NCBI RefSeq assembly: GCF_020885515.1
Contig: NZ_AP024987.1
Coordinates: 1,410,001-1,442,000 of the forward strand
Direction: 5' to 3'
Origin: a cyanobacterium endosymbiont of Braarudosphaera bigelowii
GTDB lineage: Bacteria; Cyanobacteriota; Cyanobacteriia; Cyanobacteriales; Microcystaceae
Length of the DNA: 32,000 bases
Positions 10,297 through 19,547 of this stretch are shown here, piece by piece. The notes beneath the pieces were generated by a model. The model saw only the letters and a program-made list of their open reading frames with translations, did no database searches and was not told the DNA's origin. Numbering within the stretch: the first letter of the stretch is position 1; every line of letters starts with the position of its first letter. The position numbers and the translations under genes were made by a program.

Positions 10297-10335
10297 ATAA
10301 CACTGTCTATACGTTAGTTGTATAGATAGTGTTAT
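10297..10335. terminator. Long hairpin, probable terminator downstream of the antenna pseudogene
   Basis: 16-bp stem ATAACACTGTCTATAC / GTATAGATAGTGTTAT with one G-U wobble (plus-strand transcript) and a 7-nt loop, followed by CTTTC. Confidence 0.7.
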
Positions 10336-10670
10336 CTTTCTAAAAATATTAAATATTATGGCGTTAGTAATAAATAATTCTAGCTAGAAGCCTACAAACA
10401 TCATTTAAAAAGAAACAAAAACTTTCTTTTTATGAAAAAATTTAGTAATATAATTCTCAATTTTGCAGATAACCTGTTAAATTTATAGAAACATAATTTT
10501 ATGTTAGCTAGTTTATTACAACTATTTAAAAAGTATTCTTATATAAATGTTAAAAGCTTTCGAAAAAAAGCATAAAAAACGAAATTTCGTTTTATTAAAT
10601 ATTTTTGATAATAATCATATAAGCAGTAAATAACAAAATTCTTGTAAATAATATTTATAAACTAAAAAGT

Positions 10671-11462
10671 ATGAATTATTCAGTATTTACATCTCTTACG
10701 CTAAAAACTATTGGTATAGTTTTTATTCTTACCTCTTTATTACACTATACTATCTTATTTGTTCCCCTCAGTTTAGATATACAATGGCAAAACACTTTAA
10801 TAGATTCAATAGTTGATAGGGGAATTTTACCCCTGGCAGGTATAGGATTTATAGTAACCAGTTATTTCATTGAAGATTTAATCGACAAACCAGCTACTAA
10901 AAAGTCAATATTTAATTTAGAATTGCTAATTTATATATTAGCTAGTATTTTAGGACTCATATTTTTATTAATAATTCCTGTACATCTAAATAACCAGAAC
11001 ACTACTAAAGTAGAAGCTCTAGAAAAAATTGAAGAAGGAGCTGTTCAAGGAGCCGAACAAATTAACCAATTTTTAATTCAAGTTGACACTTTATCAAAAA
11101 ATCCTGATAGGCTTAACGATCAGATCGTGAGCCTTAATAGTATTTTAGAAATTAGACAACTTGAAGGAAAACCTTTAGAAGCTCAACAATTAGAAACTCT
11201 TCGACAACAATATCAGCAGCTAAAAGGTTTAAGAGAATTAGCAAAAAATCCTGAAGAATATAAAGAACGAACTAGTGAATTGAAAAAACAATTAGAAACT
11301 CAATTAGAACAGAATAGAAAAAAAGCTGAAAGCCAAGCTGTTAATCAGTCCATTAAAAAAGGTTTTAATGTCGGATTTAAAAGCTTAATGCTAGCTATTG
11401 CTTACAGTATGATTGGTTGGATAGGATTAAAATCTACTATAAATAATTTTAAAAAATCATAA
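10671..11462 (+). CDS. HpsJ-like membrane protein (cyanobacterial)
   Basis: 263-aa ORF with four predicted TM stretches flanking a coiled-coil, Gln/Glu-rich middle; N-terminus 'GIVFILTSLLHYTILFVPLSLDIQWQNTLIDSIVDRGILPLAGIGFI' resembles the HpsJ family. Assigned from memory of the family. Confidence 0.6.
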   Translation: MNYSVFTSLTLKTIGIVFILTSLLHYTILFVPLSLDIQWQNTLIDSIVDRGILPLAGIGFIVTSYFIEDLIDKPATKKSIFNLELLIYILASILGLIFLLIIPVHLNNQNTTKVEALEKIEEGAVQGAEQINQFLIQVDTLSKNPDRLNDQIVSLNSILEIRQLEGKPLEAQQLETLRQQYQQLKGLRELAKNPEEYKERTSELKKQLETQLEQNRKKAESQAVNQSIKKGFNVGFKSLMLAIAYSMIGWIGLKSTINNFKKS

Positions 11463-11483
11463 ATTGTGAGATTTTAAGCGTAA

Positions 11484-11510
11484 GTAAAAAGTAATAAACT
11501 TTTTACTTTT
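11484..11510. terminator. Hairpin terminator between convergent HpsJ-like gene and fabI
   Basis: 11-bp inverted repeat AAGTAAAAAGT / ACTTTTTACTT with a 5-nt loop, followed by a T-rich run on the plus strand. Confidence 0.65.
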
Positions 11511-11517
11511 TACTTTT

Positions 11518-12294
11518 TTACATTCCCATAATTGTATATCCAGCATCTACATAAATTATTTGTCCTGTAATACCACTAGCTAAATTACTACATAGAAAAG
11601 CGGCAGTATTACCTATCTCTAGTTGAGTTACTGTTCTTTTCAAAGGAGCAATTTTTTCTACATGATTAATCATATCTAAAATGCCTCCCACTGCTGAAGA
11701 AGCTAGCGTTCTTATAGGACCAGCTGAGATGGCATTAATTCGAATATTTTGCGAACCTAATTCATTTGCTAAATAACGAACACTCATTTCTAGGCCAGCT
11801 TTAGCAATCCCCATCAAATTATAGTTAGGTATTACTTTAACTCCTCCTATATAAGTTAAAGTCAACACACTACCTCCTTCGCTCATTATCGGCTTAGCAT
11901 ACTTGACCATATTACCTAACGAAAAAGTACTAATTTCGAGAGATTGGTTAAAAACTTTACGAGACATGTCGCTATAGTCTCCTCCTAGTCCTTCTTTATC
12001 TGCAAACGCTAGACAATGGATTAATATATCTAGTTTTCCCCAACTATTTGAAAGATAATCAAAGGTTTCTTGTATTTGTAACTCATTTTGAACATCACAA
12101 GGTAGTATGATGGAAGGAGAGATAGGTTTAACTACATCACGAACTTTTTTTTCAAAGCGTCCTTTTTCGTCAGGCAAATATGTGACACCAATATTAGCTC
12201 CAGCTTTATGAAGTTGTTGCGCAATTCCCCAAGCAATAGAGCGGTTATTAGCAATTCCTGTAATAAGAGCGTTTTTTCCGGATAGATCTAACAT
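11518..12294 (-). CDS. fabI: Enoyl-[acyl-carrier-protein] reductase (NADH)
   Basis: 'MLDLSGKNALITGIANNRSIAWGIAQQLHKAGANIGVTY...', 'LTLTYIGGVKVIPNYNLMGIAKAGLE', 'GPIRTLASSAVGG'. The ORF track opens at 12366, but the FabI N-terminus starts at the Met at 12294. Confidence 0.95.
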   Translation of the reverse strand: MLDLSGKNALITGIANNRSIAWGIAQQLHKAGANIGVTYLPDEKGRFEKKVRDVVKPISPSIILPCDVQNELQIQETFDYLSNSWGKLDILIHCLAFADKEGLGGDYSDMSRKVFNQSLEISTFSLGNMVKYAKPIMSEGGSVLTLTYIGGVKVIPNYNLMGIAKAGLEMSVRYLANELGSQNIRINAISAGPIRTLASSAVGGILDMINHVEKIAPLKRTVTQLEIGNTAAFLCSNLASGITGQIIYVDAGYTIMGM

Positions 12295-12480
12295 AATTAT
12301 CTGAATAATTAAACAAAGTTTTTCTCTAATATGCCACCATTTTTGAACAATGGTGGCTATAATCATTCACAGGGTAAGAGATGTATTTATCCTGATAAAA
12401 ACATTGTGAAGCAAAATGTAGCAAAAATGTAACAAAAATCTTTGAAGATGCTTTAAATTAACATTTTTGTCCAGGATTAA

Positions 12481-12486
12481 TATAAT
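12481..12486 (+). promoter_or_regulatory. Candidate -10 element of ntcA
   Basis: TATAAT 47 nt upstream of the GTG start at 12533; no experimental support. Confidence 0.4.
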
Positions 12487-12532
12487 CTTAAATGTTTTAA
12501 TTCCCTTTGTTTTTTTAATGTTCTATTAAAGT

Positions 12533-13213
12533 GTGATTGAATTGTCTGTGCTACAAAATAAACCACTAACGGCTATTTTGCGCCATATTAATGGCGAGGC
12601 TTATTCTTCGAATATTGAATTATTTGAACGAGGAAAAACTATTTTTTTCCCTGGTGATCCAGCAGACAAAATATATTTTTTACTTAAAGGAGCTGTTAAA
12701 TTATCTCTTGTGTATGAAGCAGGAGACGAGATTACTGTAGCTTTATTGCGAGAAAATAGTATTTTTGGAGTACTTTCTTTAATTGCAGGACAAAAATCAG
12801 ATCGTTTCTATCATGCTGTTGCTTTCTCTTCTGTAGAGCTATTATCTGCTCCAACCAATAAAGTAGAAGAGGCTTTGAAAAACAACTCTGATTTGTCTAT
12901 TTTAATGCTTAAAGGCTTATCTTCTAGAATTTTACAAACAGAAATGATGATTGAAACTCTTGCTCATCGTGACATGGGTTCTCGCCTAGTTAGTTTCTTA
13001 TTAATTTTATGTCGAGATTTTGGGGTTCCTGTATCTGAAGGTATTCATATTGATTTAAAGTTATCTCATCAAGCTATTGCCGAAGCTATCGGCTCCACTC
13101 GTGTTACCATAACTCGTCTTCTAGGAGATTTACGTCAGCAGGGAATAATCTCCATCTATAAGAAAAAAATTACAGTCCATAATCCTGTTAATCTTAGTCA
13201 ACAATTTTCTTAA
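12533..13213 (+). CDS. ntcA: Global nitrogen regulator NtcA (CRP/FNR family)
   Basis: 226-aa ORF with GTG start; '[24 protein letters not shown]', '[37 protein letters not shown]', '[26 protein letters not shown]' are near-invariant NtcA segments. Confidence 0.97.
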   Translation: MIELSVLQNKPLTAILRHINGEAYSSNIELFERGKTIFFPGDPADKIYFLLKGAVKLSLVYEAGDEITVALLRENSIFGVLSLIAGQKSDRFYHAVAFSSVELLSAPTNKVEEALKNNSDLSILMLKGLSSRILQTEMMIETLAHRDMGSRLVSFLLILCRDFGVPVSEGIHIDLKLSHQAIAEAIGSTRVTITRLLGDLRQQGIISIYKKKITVHNPVNLSQQFS

Positions 13214-13237
13214 TATTGGTATTAATCTTAAAAGCGA

Positions 13238-14698
13238 ATGACTAGTTCTTATATCCTAGTACTATCGATTCTCATTTTAGGAGGCTTAATTGCAGCATTA
13301 GGTGATCGGTTAGGAAGTAAAGTTGGTAAAGCTCGACTCACTATCGGTAATCTTCGCCCAAAACAAACAGCTGTTGTTGTTACTGTTTTAACAGGAACTT
13401 TCATAGCAGCTTCAACATTTGGTATTTTATTAATTTCTAGTAAATCCTTAAGAGAAGGTCTTTTTCAACTTGATAAGATTCAAAAACAATTACGTATTGC
13501 TGAGGCTGATTTAGAAAGACTGGGTATAGATAAAAAAAATACTGAGAAAGAGTTGAGAAAAGTAAAAAGTGAACAATATGCTGTCGAAAAAAAGTTAGAA
13601 ATGACTATTAATAACTTTAATACGGCTAAACACCAACTTAAATCAGCTTTTGACCAAGCTTTGAAGTTAAGAATTGATATACAAACTCTTTTAAATGAAA
13701 GAAGAGAACTTCGCCAGAATAAAGTAGATCTTGACAGACAAATTAAAAAACTGAAGCAAGAAATTATTAATCGAGATCAGGAACTAGAAAAAGGGAAAAA
13801 ACAAATTATAGAACAAACTAAAATCTTAAATGAACGACAAAGTAGGTTACAAAGTCTAGAAAAACGCCAGAGTATTTTACAAGAAGAAATTGATAGGAGA
13901 GATGCTGAAATTATCAAACTTGATCAAGATATTAATGGCAAAGATATTGCTTTAAAAAACAAGGAATCACAACTTCAACAATTAGAGAGGAAATCTACAT
14001 ATCTTCAACGACAGATGGCTATCTTAGAGCAGTATTATCAAACTTATCAAGAGTTGCGAGAAAGGAAAATTGCTATTGTTAGAGGTCAAGTATTATCTAT
14101 TGGTGCAGTACGTCTTGTAGTTTCTAAGGCTAGTACTCAAGTAGTTGATGAATTATTAAGACAAGCTAATAGGACTGTCATAGAGTTAATAGGTAAAAAT
14201 ACTATACAACCAGATTACAGAGTAGTAAAAATTACCCAGAGTCAAGTCCAACAATTAATTCAAGAGTTGCAAGATAATCAAGAATATGTGGTCAGAATTA
14301 TTGCTGCAGGTAATTATGTACAAGGAGAAAAGGAAGTTAGAGTTTTTGCAGATGTTGCTCTTAATCAAAAAATTTTTAGTAAAGAAGAAACAATTTCTGT
14401 AATTTCAATTGATTCTTTAAAATTAACAGAAGAAATAATACAACAAAAACTAGACTTATTACTATCAGCAACTCAATTTCATGCCCGTCGTTCAGGAGTT
14501 TTAGGTGGCATACAAGTAGCGGATGGAAGATTGAAAACTTTAGTAGACTTTATTGAAAGTATTCGACAATCACAAGTGGGATTAGATAAACTTAAAGCAA
14601 TTGCTATGCAAGATACTAAAACAATTGGTCCCTTGAAGTTAAAGCTTTTAGGGATAAGAGGAAGAGAAGTAATCTTAGAAACAAATAATAATGACTAA
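13238..14698 (+). CDS. DUF3084 domain-containing protein (membrane-anchored coiled coil)
   Basis: 486-aa ORF; N-terminal TM segments 'YILVLSILILGGLIAALGDRLGSKVGKARLTIGNLRPKQTAVVVTVLTG', long coiled coil, C-terminal DUF3084-like region. Confidence 0.85.
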   Translation: MTSSYILVLSILILGGLIAALGDRLGSKVGKARLTIGNLRPKQTAVVVTVLTGTFIAASTFGILLISSKSLREGLFQLDKIQKQLRIAEADLERLGIDKKNTEKELRKVKSEQYAVEKKLEMTINNFNTAKHQLKSAFDQALKLRIDIQTLLNERRELRQNKVDLDRQIKKLKQEIINRDQELEKGKKQIIEQTKILNERQSRLQSLEKRQSILQEEIDRRDAEIIKLDQDINGKDIALKNKESQLQQLERKSTYLQRQMAILEQYYQTYQELRERKIAIVRGQVLSIGAVRLVVSKASTQVVDELLRQANRTVIELIGKNTIQPDYRVVKITQSQVQQLIQELQDNQEYVVRIIAAGNYVQGEKEVRVFADVALNQKIFSKEETISVISIDSLKLTEEIIQQKLDLLLSATQFHARRSGVLGGIQVADGRLKTLVDFIESIRQSQVGLDKLKAIAMQDTKTIGPLKLKLLGIRGREVILETNNND

Positions 14699-15113
14699 AA
14701 AAGAACCATTACCTATTCTAGGATTTGACCCTGGAAGAGATAAGTGCGGTGTTGCCATCGTTAATGAAGATGGTGAACTTTATTATCATGCAGTTATTAA
14801 ATCATATGATGTTATTCAACAATTGAATTTTTTACAAAAGAAATTTTTTTTTAGATTATTAGTCATAGGAGATCAGACAACTTCGGAAGATTGGAAAAAC
14901 TATTTAGAAAAAGAATTATTATTTTCAGTGCCTATAGTTAAGATAGATGAGAGAAATAGTACTTTAGAAGCGCGAAATCGATATTGGAAGATGTATCCTC
15001 CAAATTTTATCAGACGTCTTATTCCTGAAAGTTTAAGGATCCCAAATCGTTCAATTGATGATATTGTTGCCATTCTCTTGGTAGAAAGATTTCTCCAAAC
15101 TAGTAAAAAATAA
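14691..15113 (+). CDS. RuvC/YqgF-fold nuclease-like protein
   Basis: 140-aa ORF overlapping the DUF3084 gene by 8 nt; 'ILGFDPGRDKCGVAIV' nucleotide-binding strand and 'KIDERNSTLEAR' resemble RuvX/YqgF family motifs. Confidence 0.75.
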   Translation: MTKKEPLPILGFDPGRDKCGVAIVNEDGELYYHAVIKSYDVIQQLNFLQKKFFFRLLVIGDQTTSEDWKNYLEKELLFSVPIVKIDERNSTLEARNRYWKMYPPNFIRRLIPESLRIPNRSIDDIVAILLVERFLQTSKK

Positions 15114-15121
15114 AGATAATC

Positions 15122-15159
15122 TATGGTGGGTAAATTTTACCTAAAGTTTACCCACCATA
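15122..15159. terminator. Hairpin terminator between convergent YqgF-like gene and alaS
   Basis: Perfect 13-bp inverted repeat TATGGTGGGTAAA / TTTACCCACCATA with a 12-nt loop. Confidence 0.75.
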
Positions 15160-15161
15160 AA

Positions 15162-17804
15162 TTATTTAAGTAGTTGAATAAGCTTATTTTTTGCAGTTAG
15201 CAATGCTTCTTCTAACTTACCTGGATTTTTGCCTCCTGCTTGAGCTAAATTAGGACGACCTCCTCCTCCCCCTTCACATATTTGGGCGATTTCTCCAATA
15301 AATTGACCCGCTAATATATTCTTATCTTTATAAATTTTTTTACTAAAAGCTGCTACAAGACTGACCTTATTTCCAGGAAGTGTAGATCCTAACACTACCG
15401 CACCTTCTCCAATTTTATGCTGTAACCTTTCAGCAGATTTTTGTAATGCCTTTGTATCCATATTTCCTACATTCGAGACAATTATTTTTAAATTATTGTC
15501 TAACAATTCTGCCATATCTAATAATTTATCAGATTTAATTACAGCTAACTCCTGTTGTATTATTTCCAATTGTTTCTGAGTATCTTTCAGTTCAATTTGT
15601 AATGATGTGATACGATTTTGAATTTCTTCAGGTTTTGTTTTAAGGTGGTCACATAAATTCTTAACTATATTTTCTCTTTCTTTTAAGTGGTTCAGAACAG
15701 TTGGTCCTGTAATAGCTTCTATACGTTTAACACCGGAGGAAATACCACTTTGTGAAATTATTTTAAATAATCCAATTTCAGCTATATTTTCTACATGTGT
15801 TCCTCCACATAATTCCATTGAAACTTCAGGAATATTAATAACACGAACTTCTGCCCCATATTTTTCTCCAAACATAGCTATGGCACCTTTTTCTTTTGCA
15901 ACTTTTAAAGGCATATTTTCTACTTTTACAATATGCTTTTCAGAAATCCAAGAATTGATAGTATTCTCTACTTTTTCTATTTGCTCTGGAGTTATTTGAC
16001 AAGAATGTTGGAAATCAAATCTTAATCTATCAAAAGTAACTAATGATCCTGCTTGTGTAATAGAGTCACCTAGAATTTTTTTTAGCGCAGCTTGTAATAA
16101 GTGAGTTGATGTATGATTTAGTTTAACTTGATGACGATAGTCATTATTAACAACTGCATTTACAACTTCATCAGCAAATATACATCCTTCTTCTACTTTT
16201 CCAGAATGTATAAAAATTCCAGATTCTTTTTGAACATCGTTAATCCTAATAAATGAATTTTGCCCAACTAAATGACCATGATCACTCACTTGACCACCTG
16301 ATTCTGCATAAAATGGAGATTGATCCAGCACTATTTTTATATCATCTCCCTTTTCTGCTTTTGGAACAACTTTTTGATTAACTAGAACTTTTTTAATCAC
16401 AGAAAATGAACTTAAATCAGAATAACCAAGAAATTTTGTAGCAGCTATATTATTTATTAATTTATTGACCCCATATTGCACAGATAAATTTACAGTTTCA
16501 TGCGCTGCTTTTGATCTACATTGCTGTATTTTCATTTGTTTATAGAATTCGTTAACATTAACTTTTAATTGACTCTCTTCTGCAATTTCTTGAGTTAATT
16601 CTAAAGGAAATCCATAGGTGTCATATAAAGTAAAGGCATCTAAACCAGAAATTTGACTAGACTTCTCAAGCTTGAGTATTATTTCAGATAATAATTTCTC
16701 TCCTCTCTCTAGAGTTTTGAGAAAAATATCTTCTTCTCTTTCTAGTTCCTTATTAATAAAAATTGCTTTTTCTTTAATTTCTGGGTAAAACTCTCCAGAA
16801 GTTTGAATTGCAGTCTGTGCAATTTCATTAATAAATTTTCCCTCGATCCCGATCAAACGTCCATGTCTAATAATTCTACGAATTAAACGACGTAATACGT
16901 AACCTCTATCTGTATTAGAGGCAACAACACCGTCAGATATCATATGAACAACTGCTCTAGTATGATCCCCAATAATTTTCAAAGATCTTTTTACTTTTTC
17001 TTCTGCTTCTGCATAGTCAGTTGTAATTATGTTTGATATGGATTTAATTATTGGAAAAATTAGGTCTGTTTCATAATTATTAGGTACTTTTTGTAATATT
17101 TGAGCCATACGTTCTAGGCCCATTCCCGTATCAATATTTTTTTGTTCTAAGGGTAACAAATCACCATTATCATTACGATTATATTCCATAAATACGAGAT
17201 TATAGAATTCAATAAAACGAGAATCATTTTCTAAGTCGAGATTTTGCTCTCCTAATTCAGGATAAAAGTCATAATACAATTCTGAGCAAGGGCCACATGG
17301 CCCAGTTTCTCCTGCTTTCCAAAAATTATCTTTTTCTCCCATTCTTATGATTCTCTGTTTAGAAATACCAATTACATTTTCCCAAATATCAAAAGCTTCA
17401 TCATCATTTTCAAAAACACTAACAATAATATTCTGTGAAGGTAAAAGAAAAATTTCAGTAGATAACTCCCAAGCCCATTTTATGGCCTGCTCTTTAAAAT
17501 AATCTCCAAAACTAAAATTACCTAGCATCTCAAAAAAAGTGTGATGCCTAGCTGTATAACCTACATTATCAATGTCATTGGTTCGAATACATTTTTGAGA
17601 TGTAGTAACTCGAGAAAAGCGAGATAATTCTTGTCCAAGAAAGATAGGTTTAAACGGTAACATACCAGCTATTGTCAACAGAACAGTTGGATCTGTTGGT
17701 ATTAATGATGCACTTGGAAGAATTTGATGCTTTTTCCCTTTATAAAATTGAAGAAATTTATGGCGTATTTGATTTCCAGTAAGAAAAGGTGGAGGTGTTA
17801 TCAT
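15162..17804 (-). CDS. alaS: Alanyl-tRNA synthetase
   Basis: 880-aa ORF; 'TSQKCIRTNDIDNVGYTARHHTFFEMLGNFSFGDYFK', 'NRGYVLRRLIRR'-type segment, 'HTSTHLLQAALK', 'MELCGGTHV', C-terminal 'GGGGGRPNLAQAGGK'. Confidence 0.97.
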   Translation of the reverse strand: MITPPPFLTGNQIRHKFLQFYKGKKHQILPSASLIPTDPTVLLTIAGMLPFKPIFLGQELSRFSRVTTSQKCIRTNDIDNVGYTARHHTFFEMLGNFSFGDYFKEQAIKWAWELSTEIFLLPSQNIIVSVFENDDEAFDIWENVIGISKQRIIRMGEKDNFWKAGETGPCGPCSELYYDFYPELGEQNLDLENDSRFIEFYNLVFMEYNRNDNGDLLPLEQKNIDTGMGLERMAQILQKVPNNYETDLIFPIIKSISNIITTDYAEAEEKVKRSLKIIGDHTRAVVHMISDGVVASNTDRGYVLRRLIRRIIRHGRLIGIEGKFINEIAQTAIQTSGEFYPEIKEKAIFINKELEREEDIFLKTLERGEKLLSEIILKLEKSSQISGLDAFTLYDTYGFPLELTQEIAEESQLKVNVNEFYKQMKIQQCRSKAAHETVNLSVQYGVNKLINNIAATKFLGYSDLSSFSVIKKVLVNQKVVPKAEKGDDIKIVLDQSPFYAESGGQVSDHGHLVGQNSFIRINDVQKESGIFIHSGKVEEGCIFADEVVNAVVNNDYRHQVKLNHTSTHLLQAALKKILGDSITQAGSLVTFDRLRFDFQHSCQITPEQIEKVENTINSWISEKHIVKVENMPLKVAKEKGAIAMFGEKYGAEVRVINIPEVSMELCGGTHVENIAEIGLFKIISQSGISSGVKRIEAITGPTVLNHLKERENIVKNLCDHLKTKPEEIQNRITSLQIELKDTQKQLEIIQQELAVIKSDKLLDMAELLDNNLKIIVSNVGNMDTKALQKSAERLQHKIGEGAVVLGSTLPGNKVSLVAAFSKKIYKDKNILAGQFIGEIAQICEGGGGGRPNLAQAGGKNPGKLEEALLTAKNKLIQLLK

Positions 17805-17994
17805 TATGGAATATTTGTTTGAATTTATAGATTGTTATATTGTTACATTTTGTGGATGAATATTAAAAATATACTATTGTTCTCAAGTGTTAAGATGATA
17901 AGTATTAGTATTGTTTCAAAAACTTTATTAGTACAATTAAAACGTAAACATTTTTATTAGCTATATTGTTCTTTAATTTTGATTGCATTCATTT

Positions 17995-18414
17995 ATGTCT
18001 TCTTTACCTCAATATCGTCCTCAAAAACTTTCACTAGGATCTCTTGAAACTGAAATTTTGGAAATTCTTTGGGATCTTGAAAAGGCTACAGTTAAACAAA
18101 TTCATGATCATATTTTGTCTGATTTAGAAAGAGAATTAGCTTATGCTTCTGTTACAACAGTTCTCAATCGTCTTACCAAAAAAGGTTGGTTAAAATGTTG
18201 TAAACAAAATAAAGCATTTTCTTGGGAACCTCTTGTATCTCGTGAACAGACAAATACGTTACGAGCTTGTGAGCAATTGCAACAATTTCTTGCTATTAGT
18301 AATCCTAATATGGTCGCTTCATTCGCAGATAATTTGGATACTACTAGCTTAGAACGCCTAGAGTTAATTGCTGCTAATTTACAAGAGATTCGTCGTCAAC
18401 GGGAGATAAAATAG
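17995..18414 (+). CDS. BlaI/MecI/CopY-family transcriptional repressor
   Basis: 'LGSLETEILEILWDLEKATVKQIHDHILSDLERELAYASVTTVLNRLTKKGWL' matches the BlaI winged helix. The track opens at TTG 17983; ATG at 17995 is preferred. Confidence 0.9.
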   Translation: MSSLPQYRPQKLSLGSLETEILEILWDLEKATVKQIHDHILSDLERELAYASVTTVLNRLTKKGWLKCCKQNKAFSWEPLVSREQTNTLRACEQLQQFLAISNPNMVASFADNLDTTSLERLELIAANLQEIRRQREIK

Positions 18415-18416
18415 AT

Positions 18417-19268
18417 ATGCATATATTAATGATTTTACTGGTCTTAACTCTTGCTTTTGGAATCAGATTACTTTACCCTTCTAACTTTATGGGAATGAGC
18501 CGCTGGCAAATTTCTCTTATAACTTTTATAGTGCCTCCTTTGTTAGTTGTAGTAACAGCTATCTCAATTATTTCGATGGGATATGATGGTAAGATGTTAG
18601 GCTTGCCAGCAAGCCGCTTTAGTTATTCAACATCGATAATTTTTTTAGGTATCGCTCTAATAAAATTTATTAAAATCACTTTTCAAGGTTGGAATTCAGT
18701 TAGAGTGATTAGAAATTATCCTAAACAGATTATTAATAATCACTTAGTAAGGGTTGTTGAGATAGACGTACCTTACAGTGCACAAATTGGATTTTGGAAT
18801 CCTGAATTAATTGTTAGTAGTGGTTTATTAAAATCTTTAGATTTAAATCATTTAAAAGCTGTTATTGCTCATGAAGAAGCACATAAAAATTATCATGATA
18901 CTTTCTATTTTTTCTGGCTGGGTTGGTTGAAAAATATTAGTTTCTGGTTACCAAATACAAATATGATTTGGGAAGAACTGTTACTACTTAGAGAAATTCG
19001 TGCAGATCAAAAAGCCACTCAAAATATTGATCCTTTACTTCTCGCTGAATCTCTACTTATTGTAGCTAGAAAGATGAATTTAATAGCTGAAGACATTTCT
19101 ACTAGCTTTGTAGAAGCATATTTTCATGAGATGAATACTGATAGTAGACTTGAAAAACGAATTAAAGCATTATTTAATATATCAGAAGATTTAGGAAACG
19201 ATAGTTCTCATTTGAATTATGTTTTATTAGCCTTACTACCCTTGCTTTCTATCCCTTTTCACAATTAA
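18417..19268 (+). CDS. M56-family (BlaR1-like) membrane metallopeptidase
   Basis: 283-aa ORF starting 3 nt after the BlaI-like stop; zinc motif 'VIAHEEAHKNYHD', several TM segments, 'LLLREIRADQKA' downstream glutamate region. Confidence 0.88.
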   Translation: MHILMILLVLTLAFGIRLLYPSNFMGMSRWQISLITFIVPPLLVVVTAISIISMGYDGKMLGLPASRFSYSTSIIFLGIALIKFIKITFQGWNSVRVIRNYPKQIINNHLVRVVEIDVPYSAQIGFWNPELIVSSGLLKSLDLNHLKAVIAHEEAHKNYHDTFYFFWLGWLKNISFWLPNTNMIWEELLLLREIRADQKATQNIDPLLLAESLLIVARKMNLIAEDISTSFVEAYFHEMNTDSRLEKRIKALFNISEDLGNDSSHLNYVLLALLPLLSIPFHN

Positions 19269-19547
19269 AGAGGCTACTCAATTTATTCTTTACATAAAAA
19301 TTTAATAATATTTTATATGTAAACTATCTCAAGGTTGCCATCTTAAAAAATGCAATTTTTAACTAACGAAAATACAGTGAAATTTATCATATTTATTTAC
19401 ACAGAACAATTTTAAAGAAGAAAAATATTTATATAAAACTATATAGAATTTGATTTATTTTATTATCTTAAAAGATAAAAATCAAAATAAGGAAAGCTAG
19501 TTTTAAAAAGTTTAAAGTAATTAATATCACAGAGACTAAAACCACAA

